DNA of 64,000 nt, taken from the NCBI GenBank assembly GCA_044070495.1, contig JBIPSI010000006.1:96001-160000 (forward strand), written 5' to 3'. The position numbers were made by a program, and so were the translations under genes. Numbering within the stretch: position 1 is the first letter of the stretch; every line of letters starts with the position of its first letter. Source of the stretch: Spirulina sp. Its GTDB lineage: Bacteria > Cyanobacteriota > Cyanobacteriia > Phormidesmidales > Phormidesmidaceae. Positions 20,792 through 29,153 of this stretch are shown in pieces. The notes under the pieces were generated by a model. The model searched no databases and had not been told where the DNA came from. It worked only from the letters and a program-made list of their open reading frames with translations.

Positions 20792-21343
20792 GGTTTCCAC
20801 GTCGCCGGAATTATCCAGTGCCACATCGGCACGGGCAATTTTTTCGGCCAAGGGCATCTGGCTAGCGATGCGGGCCTCGGCCTGCTCCACGGTCAGACCA
20901 TTGCGGGTCATTAACCGCTGGTGTTGTTGCTCTGGAGTACAAGCCACCACCCACGTTTCCGTTACTTGATCCGTCAGCCCTGCCTCAAACAGTAGGGGGA
21001 TCGCCTGCATGACGATGGGCGCATCGGCCAAGTCTGCCATAGCCTGCCTGAAGCATTGGCGCACCACGGGATGAATCTGCTGCTCTAGCCAGCCTTTTTC
21101 CTGGGCATCGTTAAACACAATTTCCCCCAGTCTGCCGCGATTGAGGGAGCCATCGGGATTGAGCATCTCCTCACCGTAGCGGGCCACAATCGCCCCCAGC
21201 ACCGGAGAACCCACCTCCACCGCCTGTCGTGCATAGACATCGGCATCCAGCACCGGGATCTGGTGTTTTTCCTCAAGATACCGGGACACCGTGGATTTGC
21301 CCGTGGCGATGCCCCCGGTTAGTCCGATAATCCGCTGGCCCAT
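20750..21343 (-). CDS. coaE: Dephospho-CoA kinase
   Basis: GLTGGIATGKST, DAD, IHP.VR, IPLLFE, RIASQMP. Confidence 0.96.
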   Translation of the reverse strand: MGQRIIGLTGGIATGKSTVSRYLEEKHQIPVLDADVYARQAVEVGSPVLGAIVARYGEEMLNPDGSLNRGRLGEIVFNDAQEKGWLEQQIHPVVRQCFRQAMADLADAPIVMQAIPLLFEAGLTDQVTETWVVACTPEQQHQRLMTRNGLTVEQAEARIASQMPLAEKIARADVALDNSGDVETLFRQVDQALHQRR

Positions 21344-22872
21344 ACCACAATTGCCTCCGTCAGGGCGTCTAGGGTGTATTCGGCGGGTTCAATGTCTACG
21401 CGGCCCAGGTATTCTCGGCAAGTATCCGAGGTTTTGGGGCCAATGGAGGCCACCGCCACACCCTCCAAAGATTGCCGCCAATCTGGGCCAAGCCCCTGCT
21501 CCAAAAGCTGGGCCGTATGCACCACGGTCTTGGAACTGGCGAAGGTGATCACGTCAATCTGGCGCTGGCGAATCGCCTGAATCGCCATGGCATCCGGTAC
21601 TAGGGGACAACCCGATTCGTAGGCCGCGACTTCTACGACCTCGGCCCCAGCGGCGGAAAATTCCTTCACCAGGATCTCTCGCCCGCCGCTCTCCACCCGT
21701 GGGAAGAGAATCCGCCGTCCGGCCACATTTTCAGGAAAATGATTGACCAGAGAATCCGCCACAAAATCTGGCGGCACAAAGTCTGGCAACAGCCCCCGCT
21801 GTTTGAGGATAGTAGCGGTTTTAGTACCCACCACGGCAATTTTGAGTGCGTTCAGCGCCCGCAGATCTCGCCCTAGTTCCAGCAGCCGATCCAAGAAAAA
21901 GTTCACCGCATTGGCTGAAGTCAGAATCAGCCAGTCAAAGGAACCGATCTCGGCAATGGACTGATCCACGGCATCCCAACTCGCCGGAGGCCGAATTTCC
22001 AGGGCAGGAAGCTCGATTACCTGGGCACCTTGGGCGGTGAGGAGGTCGGCAAACGGGCTGTTTTGGCCAGCGGCGCGGGTGATGAGAATGGTCTTTTGGT
22101 GAAGGGGGGAGGGGGTGAAGGGTGAAGGGTGAAGGGGTGAAGGGGGGAGGGGGGAGGTAAGGTAGGGGCGGAGTTTGACCACTTCGCCGAAGACCATCAC
22201 GCAGGGGGAGAGAGTTTGGCCTTTCACTACCTGGCGAATGCTGAGCAGGGTGCCTTCCCAGACTTGCTGTTGGTCGTGGCCGCCCCAGCGAATGATGGCC
22301 ACGGGCATATCGCCGCGACAGCCGTTGTTTTGCAGGCGATGGATGATTTCATCCAGGTGTTGACTGCCCATCAACACCACCAGGGTATGCAGGGCGGCGA
22401 GGGCAGGCCAGTCCAGCAGGTCGGGATCGTGGGCGGTGACGACGCCAAAACCGTGGCTCCACACGGGATCAGTCAAGGGAATCCCCGCCAACAGCGGAGC
22501 CGCCAAGGCCGAGGAAATACCGGGAACCACCTCAAAGGGACAGCCCGCCTCCCGCAGCGCCTGGATTTCCGAGGTCGTGCGCCCAAAAATAAAGGGATCA
22601 CCGCTCTTCAGCCGCACCACCTGATGCCCTGCCTGACAGAGCCGCACCAACAGCGCGTCAATCTCCGCCTGGGGGGTGCTGGGTTGGCCGCCCCGCTTAC
22701 CCACCTCAAACACCTGGCAATGGGGAGGAATCAGGGACAGTAAATCGCTATCCACCAAAGCGTCATACACCAGGCAATCGGCCCGCTGCAACAGATCGCG
22801 CCCCCGCAGGGTGAGGTAATCCATGCGGCCTGGGCCAGCGCCCACAAGGTAAACGGTTCCCGGCTGGGTCAT
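21319..22872 (-). CDS. cobA: Uroporphyrinogen-III C-methyltransferase / uroporphyrinogen-III synthase fusion
   Basis: VYLVGAGPG, RLKSGDPFIFGR, VPGISS, then HemD domain (ILITR, LTSANAV, FASSKTV, SIGPKT). Confidence 0.95.
   Translation of the reverse strand: MTQPGTVYLVGAGPGRMDYLTLRGRDLLQRADCLVYDALVDSDLLSLIPPHCQVFEVGKRGGQPSTPQAEIDALLVRLCQAGHQVVRLKSGDPFIFGRTTSEIQALREAGCPFEVVPGISSALAAPLLAGIPLTDPVWSHGFGVVTAHDPDLLDWPALAALHTLVVLMGSQHLDEIIHRLQNNGCRGDMPVAIIRWGGHDQQQVWEGTLLSIRQVVKGQTLSPCVMVFGEVVKLRPYLTSPLPPSPLHPSPFTPSPLHQKTILITRAAGQNSPFADLLTAQGAQVIELPALEIRPPASWDAVDQSIAEIGSFDWLILTSANAVNFFLDRLLELGRDLRALNALKIAVVGTKTATILKQRGLLPDFVPPDFVADSLVNHFPENVAGRRILFPRVESGGREILVKEFSAAGAEVVEVAAYESGCPLVPDAMAIQAIRQRQIDVITFASSKTVVHTAQLLEQGLGPDWRQSLEGVAVASIGPKTSDTCREYLGRVDIEPAEYTLDALTEAIVVWASGLSD
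22098..22157 (-). repeat. Short tandem 7-8-mer repeats in the cobA-hemD linker
   Basis: GGTGAAG(G)/GGGGGGAG units encoding SPLPPSPLHPSPFTPSPLH. Confidence 0.7.
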
Positions 22873-22908
22873 CGGTCAAACATTCGTCGTAGGATGGGCT
22901 AGAACATC

Positions 22909-23064
22909 AGATCCCAGGGTTCTTTTGCTTGCGGCTAAGACCTTGGGTGAACACCAGAACAGAACCCTGGGATCTTTCCCGATGTTCTAGGTGTGCCAGA
23001 TCCCAGGGTTCTTAATCATGCAGCTAAGGCTTTGGGTAACAGGCCAGACAGAACCCTGGGATCT
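22909..23064. repeat. Tandem pair of 67-bp palindromic units AGATCCCAGGGTTCT-N37-AGAACCCTGGGATCT
   Basis: Units 22909-22975 and 22998-23064; same arms at 57631-57798. Confidence 0.85.
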
Positions 23065-23116
23065 CCTGGCATAAGCCCCTCTATCCTACCCCCGTCCTCA
23101 TTGCGAATTTCTAACC

Positions 23117-23773
23117 ATGCTGACCTTTTACCACACGCCGCTGTCTGTAAACTCTCGCCGGGTTTGGGTCGCTCTGCTCGAAAAGGGCTTGACCTTTGAT
23201 GCGGTGGAGATGAACCTGGGCGGCGATCAATTCAAGCCCGAATTCCTGGCGATGAACCCCTTTCACCACATCCCCGTGCTGGTGGATGACGGCTTTTCGG
23301 TGATTGAATCCTTCGCCATTTTGGACTACCTGGAAGCTAAGTATCCCACCCCCGCCCTGCTGCCCAGCGATCCCATCGCCCTAGCCAGCACCCGCATGGT
23401 GGAAATGGTGACCCTGAACGAACTCAACCCCGCCATGACGCCCCTCTTCAAAGAAATGATGGGCTTTGGGGCCGAATCCCCCGAAGCGGTGGCCCAGGCC
23501 AAGCAAAAAATTGAAGGTGTCCTGAGGTTCTATGCCGACAAACTGGGCGATGGCGACTTCTTCGGCGGCGACCAACTCACCCTAGCCGACATCGTAGCGG
23601 GCACCTTCTCCCCCTGGTTTGAAAAACTGGGCCTGCCCATGGCCAGCTATCCCACCCTGCAAGCCTGGACAGATCGCCTAGTGGCCCGCCCCGCCTGGCA
23701 AACCACCCAACCCACCGAGGAGATGATCACCGCCTTCCGGGATCGCATGAAAGCCCGTATGGCCAAGGGGTAA
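23117..23773 (+). CDS. Glutathione S-transferase family protein
   Basis: SVNSRRV, NPFHHIPVLVD, ESFAILDYL, LTLADI. Confidence 0.93.
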   Translation: MLTFYHTPLSVNSRRVWVALLEKGLTFDAVEMNLGGDQFKPEFLAMNPFHHIPVLVDDGFSVIESFAILDYLEAKYPTPALLPSDPIALASTRMVEMVTLNELNPAMTPLFKEMMGFGAESPEAVAQAKQKIEGVLRFYADKLGDGDFFGGDQLTLADIVAGTFSPWFEKLGLPMASYPTLQAWTDRLVARPAWQTTQPTEEMITAFRDRMKARMAKG

Positions 23774-23778
23774 GGGAT

Positions 23779-23992
23779 GCCCACCCTGCGGGAAGCAAGC
23801 TACACCCCCAGCCTCTCTCCCAGGGAGGCTACTGCTCATACACACGTCTCTATTCTCTGCTTAGTTCCTAGGGGTGATCCCCCCTATCCCCCCTTATGAA
23901 GGGGGGAACTGGATTCAAAGTCCCCCTTTATATGGGGGATTTAGGGGGATCGACCAGGGATGACGGCAGGAGAGGGACTTAGGGTGAGGGTG
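23779..23992. repeat. Composite of nested palindromic repeats / MITE-like elements
   Basis: GATCCCCCCTATCCCCCTT...GGGGGATTTAGGGGGATC inner inverted repeat (~23876-23951) inside CACCCCCAGCCTCTCTCCC...GGAGAGGGACTTAGGGTGAGGG. Confidence 0.6.
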
Positions 23993-24085
23993 CAGGCTGC
24001 TTGGAGCCAAGTACGGCCTTCCCTAACTTGGCAAAGGCACGGTCACACGGGACAATGGGATCATTGTATTTTTTGACATTCGGCT

Positions 24086-24829
24086 GTGAATAACGCACCT
24101 GTACGCACGGTTTCTGACGCCAAGCGGGAGTTCTACGCTCACCACACCCGCCCCATCAACTCCATTTACCGGCGCGTAGTGGACGAGCTTTTGGTAGAAA
24201 TGCTCCTGCTTTCGGTCAACGCCGATTTTGCCTACGATCCCCTCTATGCCTTGGGTATCGTCACCACCTTTGACCGCTTCATGGAAGGCTACGAACCCGA
24301 AAGCGACAAAGCCTCCATTTTCAATGCCCTCTGCCGTTCGGTTCAAAGCTCCCCCGAACAGTACCGGGGCGATGCCGAAGCCATGAAAGCCGCTGTGGCG
24401 GGGCAATCCCTCGACGATCTCAAAGCCCAGTTTGACAACCTCAACGAAGCAGCCCACAGCGGTGGCTTGCGCGGCACCCTAGGCACCGTGGCCACCAAGG
24501 AAAAATTCAAGTACAGCCGTCCCTTCGGCATTGGCCTTTACACCCTGATCGAAGCCGTCGCTGGGGAAGACACCCTTAAAAGCAAAGACACCTTTGAAAC
24601 CCTGCTGAAGGAACTAACGGGTAAGCTCAACTTCTCGGCGGATAAGCTCTCCAAGGATTTGGAACTCTACCGCAGCAACATCGAAAAGTTTGCCCAGGCC
24701 CAGGAAGTGATGAAGGACATGCTGGCCGCCGAACGTAAAAAGCGCGAAGACCGCCAAAAAGCCGCCGAAGCCGAAGCCGTCGAGGTGGTCGAGACCGTCC
24801 CCGCCGAGGGCAGCGACAACGCGGGTTAG
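24086..24829 (+). CDS. psb29: Photosystem II biogenesis protein Psb29/Thf1
   Basis: RTVSDAKREFY..RPINSIYRRVVDELLVE, FKYSR.FGIGL, KDLELYRSN. Confidence 0.95.
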   Translation: MNNAPVRTVSDAKREFYAHHTRPINSIYRRVVDELLVEMLLLSVNADFAYDPLYALGIVTTFDRFMEGYEPESDKASIFNALCRSVQSSPEQYRGDAEAMKAAVAGQSLDDLKAQFDNLNEAAHSGGLRGTLGTVATKEKFKYSRPFGIGLYTLIEAVAGEDTLKSKDTFETLLKELTGKLNFSADKLSKDLELYRSNIEKFAQAQEVMKDMLAAERKKREDRQKAAEAEAVEVVETVPAEGSDNAG

Positions 24830-24831
24830 TA

Positions 24832-26415
24832 TTAGACGTAAATCGGATCCAGAGCGTAGTCCTTCCAGTCTTGGTGGAAGCGCTCGGATACATGGGGGGT
24901 GAGGACGAATTTGGGTTCCTGGCCCCCTTTTACATCGACCCGCAAAAAGGAGTAGGGGCGGCGATAGTTGGGCTTTTTGCCCGTGCGGCCTAGAAAAAGC
25001 TGGGATTCAGCCACAGGGCGAAACTCAGCGGGGGATTCCGGGGTGAGGCCAGGAAAGGTTTCGCAGAGCGTATTTCCCCCAGAACGTTGGCGACGCAGAC
25101 TGAGGCCGCTGCCGCCGCAGACAATCCAATCCAAATGACCATCGGCGTGGCCCGTATTCAGGGTTTTCAGGTGTTCAAAACAGTGGGCATGGCCGTTGAG
25201 GACAAGGTTCACCGGGGGCGTATCGGGGGGAATCGCAGGCACCGCCGCCACCACCTGATCCAGCACCCAGCGCAGATGGTGACGCACCGCTAGGGTTTGG
25301 CCCTGATTCCACTTGGTCGATTCAGTCACGTAGGGGGGATGGTGGAAGAACACGATTCGCCCCCGCACCGCTGGATCTTGCCAGGAGGCGATCAGCTTAT
25401 CCCGCAGCCACAGCAGTTGTTCGGTGTCAATTTGGGCGGTGGGGTTGGCGTTGAGCTGCTTATCGATGTCGAGCAGCATTTCGTCGTACTGCTCCACCTT
25501 AGCCTGCCAGTCGTCTAGGTCTTCCTGGGCGTGGGCATCCTTGGGGTTGCGATGCCGAGCGGCTTCCTCCACCGCCCGCCGATCCTCCATCACCCGCCGC
25601 CGCTGATCCTGAAGCCACTGGCGATGATCCAGCCCGCCCTGGTGGGCCAACAACGAGGGATCGTTAAAGGTACTGGAATCTAGGGCAAAGAAATCAATCC
25701 CGCCATAGCGAAAGGTGTAGTAGCGGTTGGGCAGGCGGGTATACACGCCGGGACGGTAGCGCAAGCCCTGGGTGCGGCTGTCCCAGGGGCCATAGTGTTC
25801 CCGCAGGTGAGCCGCTAGCCGTTGGTCGGGCATTCCCTGCAAATAGTCCAAAAAGGCACGGGCATAGGCATCCCCCACCCCCGACCCATGCCAGCCCACA
25901 TTCGGGTTGAGGTCGATGCCCAATAGCTTGCGTAGGGGCTTGCTGATCTGCACCAGCAGACTATACAACCGGGGCAGGTTGTAATAATCGTGGTTTCCGG
26001 GCACCGCCAAAAACGGAAACCGAAATAGCATTTGGTCGTAGACAATCTGGTCGGGCTGATCTCCCCCCACCAGCCACTCCCGGTAGGGCTTGATGAAATT
26101 GTCGGGATACTGCTCGCGGGAACCCACCTGATACACCACATCCCCGGTGTGCAGCAAAAAACGGCAGTCCTGCAAGTGGGGCACCATCTGCTCCGCCAAC
26201 CGCCGCTGGGGGTGATGGTCGGGGTGGGGGCCAGATCCACTATCGCCAATCACCAAAAAGGAAAAGTCCTCCGCCTCGGCGTGACCATCCTCCAACATCA
26301 GCCGAGTTTGGTCAATGTGACGGGCCACCAGGGCCGGATGTTGCCAACACACCCGCGCCTTCATCTTGGCGACCTTGGCAGGAATCGGCGGATCGAGGAT
26401 AGAAGCCATAGACAA
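24832..26415 (-). CDS. Calcineurin-like metallophosphoesterase
   Basis: GDSG, HTGDVVY, PGNHDY, FHHPPY, NGHAH. Confidence 0.9.
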   Translation of the reverse strand: MSMASILDPPIPAKVAKMKARVCWQHPALVARHIDQTRLMLEDGHAEAEDFSFLVIGDSGSGPHPDHHPQRRLAEQMVPHLQDCRFLLHTGDVVYQVGSREQYPDNFIKPYREWLVGGDQPDQIVYDQMLFRFPFLAVPGNHDYYNLPRLYSLLVQISKPLRKLLGIDLNPNVGWHGSGVGDAYARAFLDYLQGMPDQRLAAHLREHYGPWDSRTQGLRYRPGVYTRLPNRYYTFRYGGIDFFALDSSTFNDPSLLAHQGGLDHRQWLQDQRRRVMEDRRAVEEAARHRNPKDAHAQEDLDDWQAKVEQYDEMLLDIDKQLNANPTAQIDTEQLLWLRDKLIASWQDPAVRGRIVFFHHPPYVTESTKWNQGQTLAVRHHLRWVLDQVVAAVPAIPPDTPPVNLVLNGHAHCFEHLKTLNTGHADGHLDWIVCGGSGLSLRRQRSGGNTLCETFPGLTPESPAEFRPVAESQLFLGRTGKKPNYRRPYSFLRVDVKGGQEPKFVLTPHVSERFHQDWKDYALDPIYV

Positions 26416-26771
26416 TACAAACCTAGGCCGCGCCCCACGGCAAACACATTATCTCTCTTTCAGGGTAATCCGATTCGCCCACTCGCGCACCCCAGAACCC
26501 AAGGCTCCTACAGGTAGAACATCCTGAAAAACCCCCGGTATCCACAGCCCAAAAACCACAGAAGGTTATAAACGTGATGTCTAGTTTGTATGTGGGGCAA
26601 ATATCTTAATCCGATAGGATTCTGAGGCGCAAGAGAGTCTATTTGATTAAAAAATACAACATATTTTCAAGACTTTAGCCGAAAGAAGTTCCCTCCCGAA
26701 AAATTTAGGATAGGATTGCGAACGAGTATTTCATAACCTCCCATTTTGTCAAGAAGTGGGAAGATTTAATC

Positions 26772-29153
26772 ATGCATCTACTGGCCCTGCTAAAAAGTCA
26801 CTCTTTTTCTTTATCTTTTCTAGCGCTACTTTTAAATAGCGTTACCAGCCCGATTTTCTTTCCTAGTATTGAAACCTTGGCTGCGGAGCAAAGCGACTAC
26901 TCAGTAGCGCAAAATATCTCAAAAAAGTTTACCTATTTTAACAATAAAGAAGCACTCTCATCGCTTCCAGATTCCCCTCCTAGCTTATCCACTAACTCCT
27001 TTCTTGGAACTAACTTTTTTACCCCTTACCAAGTCGAGATTAGGGAAAATTTGCCAGACAATACCTTCTTTCGCCTACCCACCCACCTACAGCTACTCAA
27101 CGCACCTGAAGGTTATATCCCTGAAGATGCTGCCTTGCAGATTGTTCCTAATCTGAGGGGGGATGGCTTGATGGTCAGCCTCAGACTATGTTCTACCACT
27201 ACGCCCGCAGAAAACTGCGTCATAGGTCACTTTTCTACCCAGCCCCTATCCTCTAGCTCCGCTCAGGCGGATTTAGCCGCCCATCAGTCCATCGGTTATC
27301 CCATCACCCTAGCCCCCGGCATCCAGGCTCATTTCCGAGAATATCGCGATGGCCCCATTGCCTATGCGTCCTTGATGTGGGAACAGGATGGGCAATTTTA
27401 TCGTATCCAATTTCCTGCTGCCGAGCGACAAAATATGCTCTACATGGCATTGGAAATGATCAATAACGAACCCCTCTATCCCTCTGGTTCTGATTCCAGT
27501 TCCATAGCACTAAGGAATGGAGAAGTCAGGCCAGAACCAACCATTGAAATTATCTCCTCAGCGTCTAGTTTGCCCACTGAGACTGTGACGGACTCATCCA
27601 CTGAATCCATCAACCGAGACAGCCTTTATATCTCGGAGTCTAGCATATTTAGTGACGAAGAAATGCGCGGCTGGTTGGCGCAAATTCAGACGTTAAATCA
27701 GAACGCTCCAATTACTGAACTTCGGGATCGCATTACCCAGGAATATATTAATCGTGGCTACATTACCTCAACAGTAAATATTATAGATCAAGACTATCTT
27801 CCCCCCGAATTTGACAATGGAATAGGAATCGTCGAGGGCTTTGTCTCTGATATTTGCGTTATGGAAAGCCAAGACGATGAATGCTCTAGCGACTTCGCTG
27901 CCTACATTCGTTCTCGATTAGATCTAGTCGGTGGGCCGCCACTCAACCTAGATCGCCTCGAAGAAAAGCTACGTCTACTACGGCTAGATCCCCTATTTAG
28001 CAATATAGAAGCCACCCTCAGACCAACAACCGATGAACTCGTTCGCGAGCAGGGTGGAATTGACCTAGTAGTTCGAGTTACGCCAGCCCAACCATTTATT
28101 TATAACGCAAGTATCAATAACGATTCTGCCCCCAGTATTGGCGCAGAGCAATTTGAACTGGGCTTCACCTACCTCAATCCTGGGGGATTTGGGGATTCTT
28201 TCTCAGCCAACTATGCCCATTCCTTTGCGGGTGGACTAGATTACTTTGAAACCGTTTATCAAGTACCTCTTAGCCCAACGGACACAACGTTGCGGTTATC
28301 TGGAGCTTGGATTGGTACTAACGTCGTTGAAGAACCCTTTAACCAACTAGGCGTTTCTGGTAATACGAATCGCTACGCTGTCTGGTTACGACAACCCTTA
28401 ATTAGAACGCCCCAGGAAGAATTGGGTCTTTCCCTTGGGTTTACTCGCACTGCTGGACAAACATTTTTGTTTGATCGTCTGCCTACACCCTTTGGTTTTG
28501 GCCCGGATGCCAATGGTTTTAGCAGTACCAGCGTTATCAGCTTTGCCCAGGACTATGTTTTTCGAGAACCCGATGGTGCTTGGGCCTTTACCTCACAATT
28601 TAACCTAGGTACCAGGCTCTTTAATGCTACGGAAAACCCTGCTCCTATCCCCGATGGGCAGTTTTTTAGTTGGCAGGGGCTGGCCCAACGGGTACAACGT
28701 ATTGGCTTAGATCACTTACTGATCGCAACTTTTAATGTGCAACTTACGCCCCAATCACTTCTACCCTCCGAAAGCTTTACCATCGGCGGCGTTAACTCTG
28801 TGCGTGGCTATCGCCAAGGGGCACGATCCGGTGACAATGGCCTACGGTTTTCTCTGGAAGATCGCATCACAGTTCAGCGAGATGGAGCGGGACGACCTGT
28901 TTTTATTCTCACGCCTTTTCTTGATCTCGGTTCTGTTTGGAATCATCCTACTAATCCCAACGTGATTACAGGGCAGTCTTTTTTAATGGGCAGTGGCCTA
29001 GGGATGATTTTGCAAAATATTGAAGGGCTAGAAGGTGTTAGCTTTCGATTAAACTACGGCATTCCCATTATTAATATGAGTGATCGGGGCAACAATCTCC
29101 AAGATTCTGGCTTCTATTTCGGTGTTGACTACAATTCCGCTCCTAATCAGTGA
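26772..29153 (+). CDS. ShlB/FhaC/HecB-family TpsB outer-membrane transporter with long N-terminal extension
   Basis: POTRA-like ITQEYINRGYITS, LEEKLRLLRLDPLF, IGGVNSVRGY loop-6 motif, NNLQDSGFYF C-terminus. Confidence 0.9.
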   Translation: MHLLALLKSHSFSLSFLALLLNSVTSPIFFPSIETLAAEQSDYSVAQNISKKFTYFNNKEALSSLPDSPPSLSTNSFLGTNFFTPYQVEIRENLPDNTFFRLPTHLQLLNAPEGYIPEDAALQIVPNLRGDGLMVSLRLCSTTTPAENCVIGHFSTQPLSSSSAQADLAAHQSIGYPITLAPGIQAHFREYRDGPIAYASLMWEQDGQFYRIQFPAAERQNMLYMALEMINNEPLYPSGSDSSSIALRNGEVRPEPTIEIISSASSLPTETVTDSSTESINRDSLYISESSIFSDEEMRGWLAQIQTLNQNAPITELRDRITQEYINRGYITSTVNIIDQDYLPPEFDNGIGIVEGFVSDICVMESQDDECSSDFAAYIRSRLDLVGGPPLNLDRLEEKLRLLRLDPLFSNIEATLRPTTDELVREQGGIDLVVRVTPAQPFIYNASINNDSAPSIGAEQFELGFTYLNPGGFGDSFSANYAHSFAGGLDYFETVYQVPLSPTDTTLRLSGAWIGTNVVEEPFNQLGVSGNTNRYAVWLRQPLIRTPQEELGLSLGFTRTAGQTFLFDRLPTPFGFGPDANGFSSTSVISFAQDYVFREPDGAWAFTSQFNLGTRLFNATENPAPIPDGQFFSWQGLAQRVQRIGLDHLLIATFNVQLTPQSLLPSESFTIGGVNSVRGYRQGARSGDNGLRFSLEDRITVQRDGAGRPVFILTPFLDLGSVWNHPTNPNVITGQSFLMGSGLGMILQNIEGLEGVSFRLNYGIPIINMSDRGNNLQDSGFYFGVDYNSAPNQ

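Noticed and set aside
25440..25660. Coiled-coil insertion within the metallophosphoesterase
   Set aside because: In-frame with host-like composition and no intein or repeat signatures; likely a normal family feature
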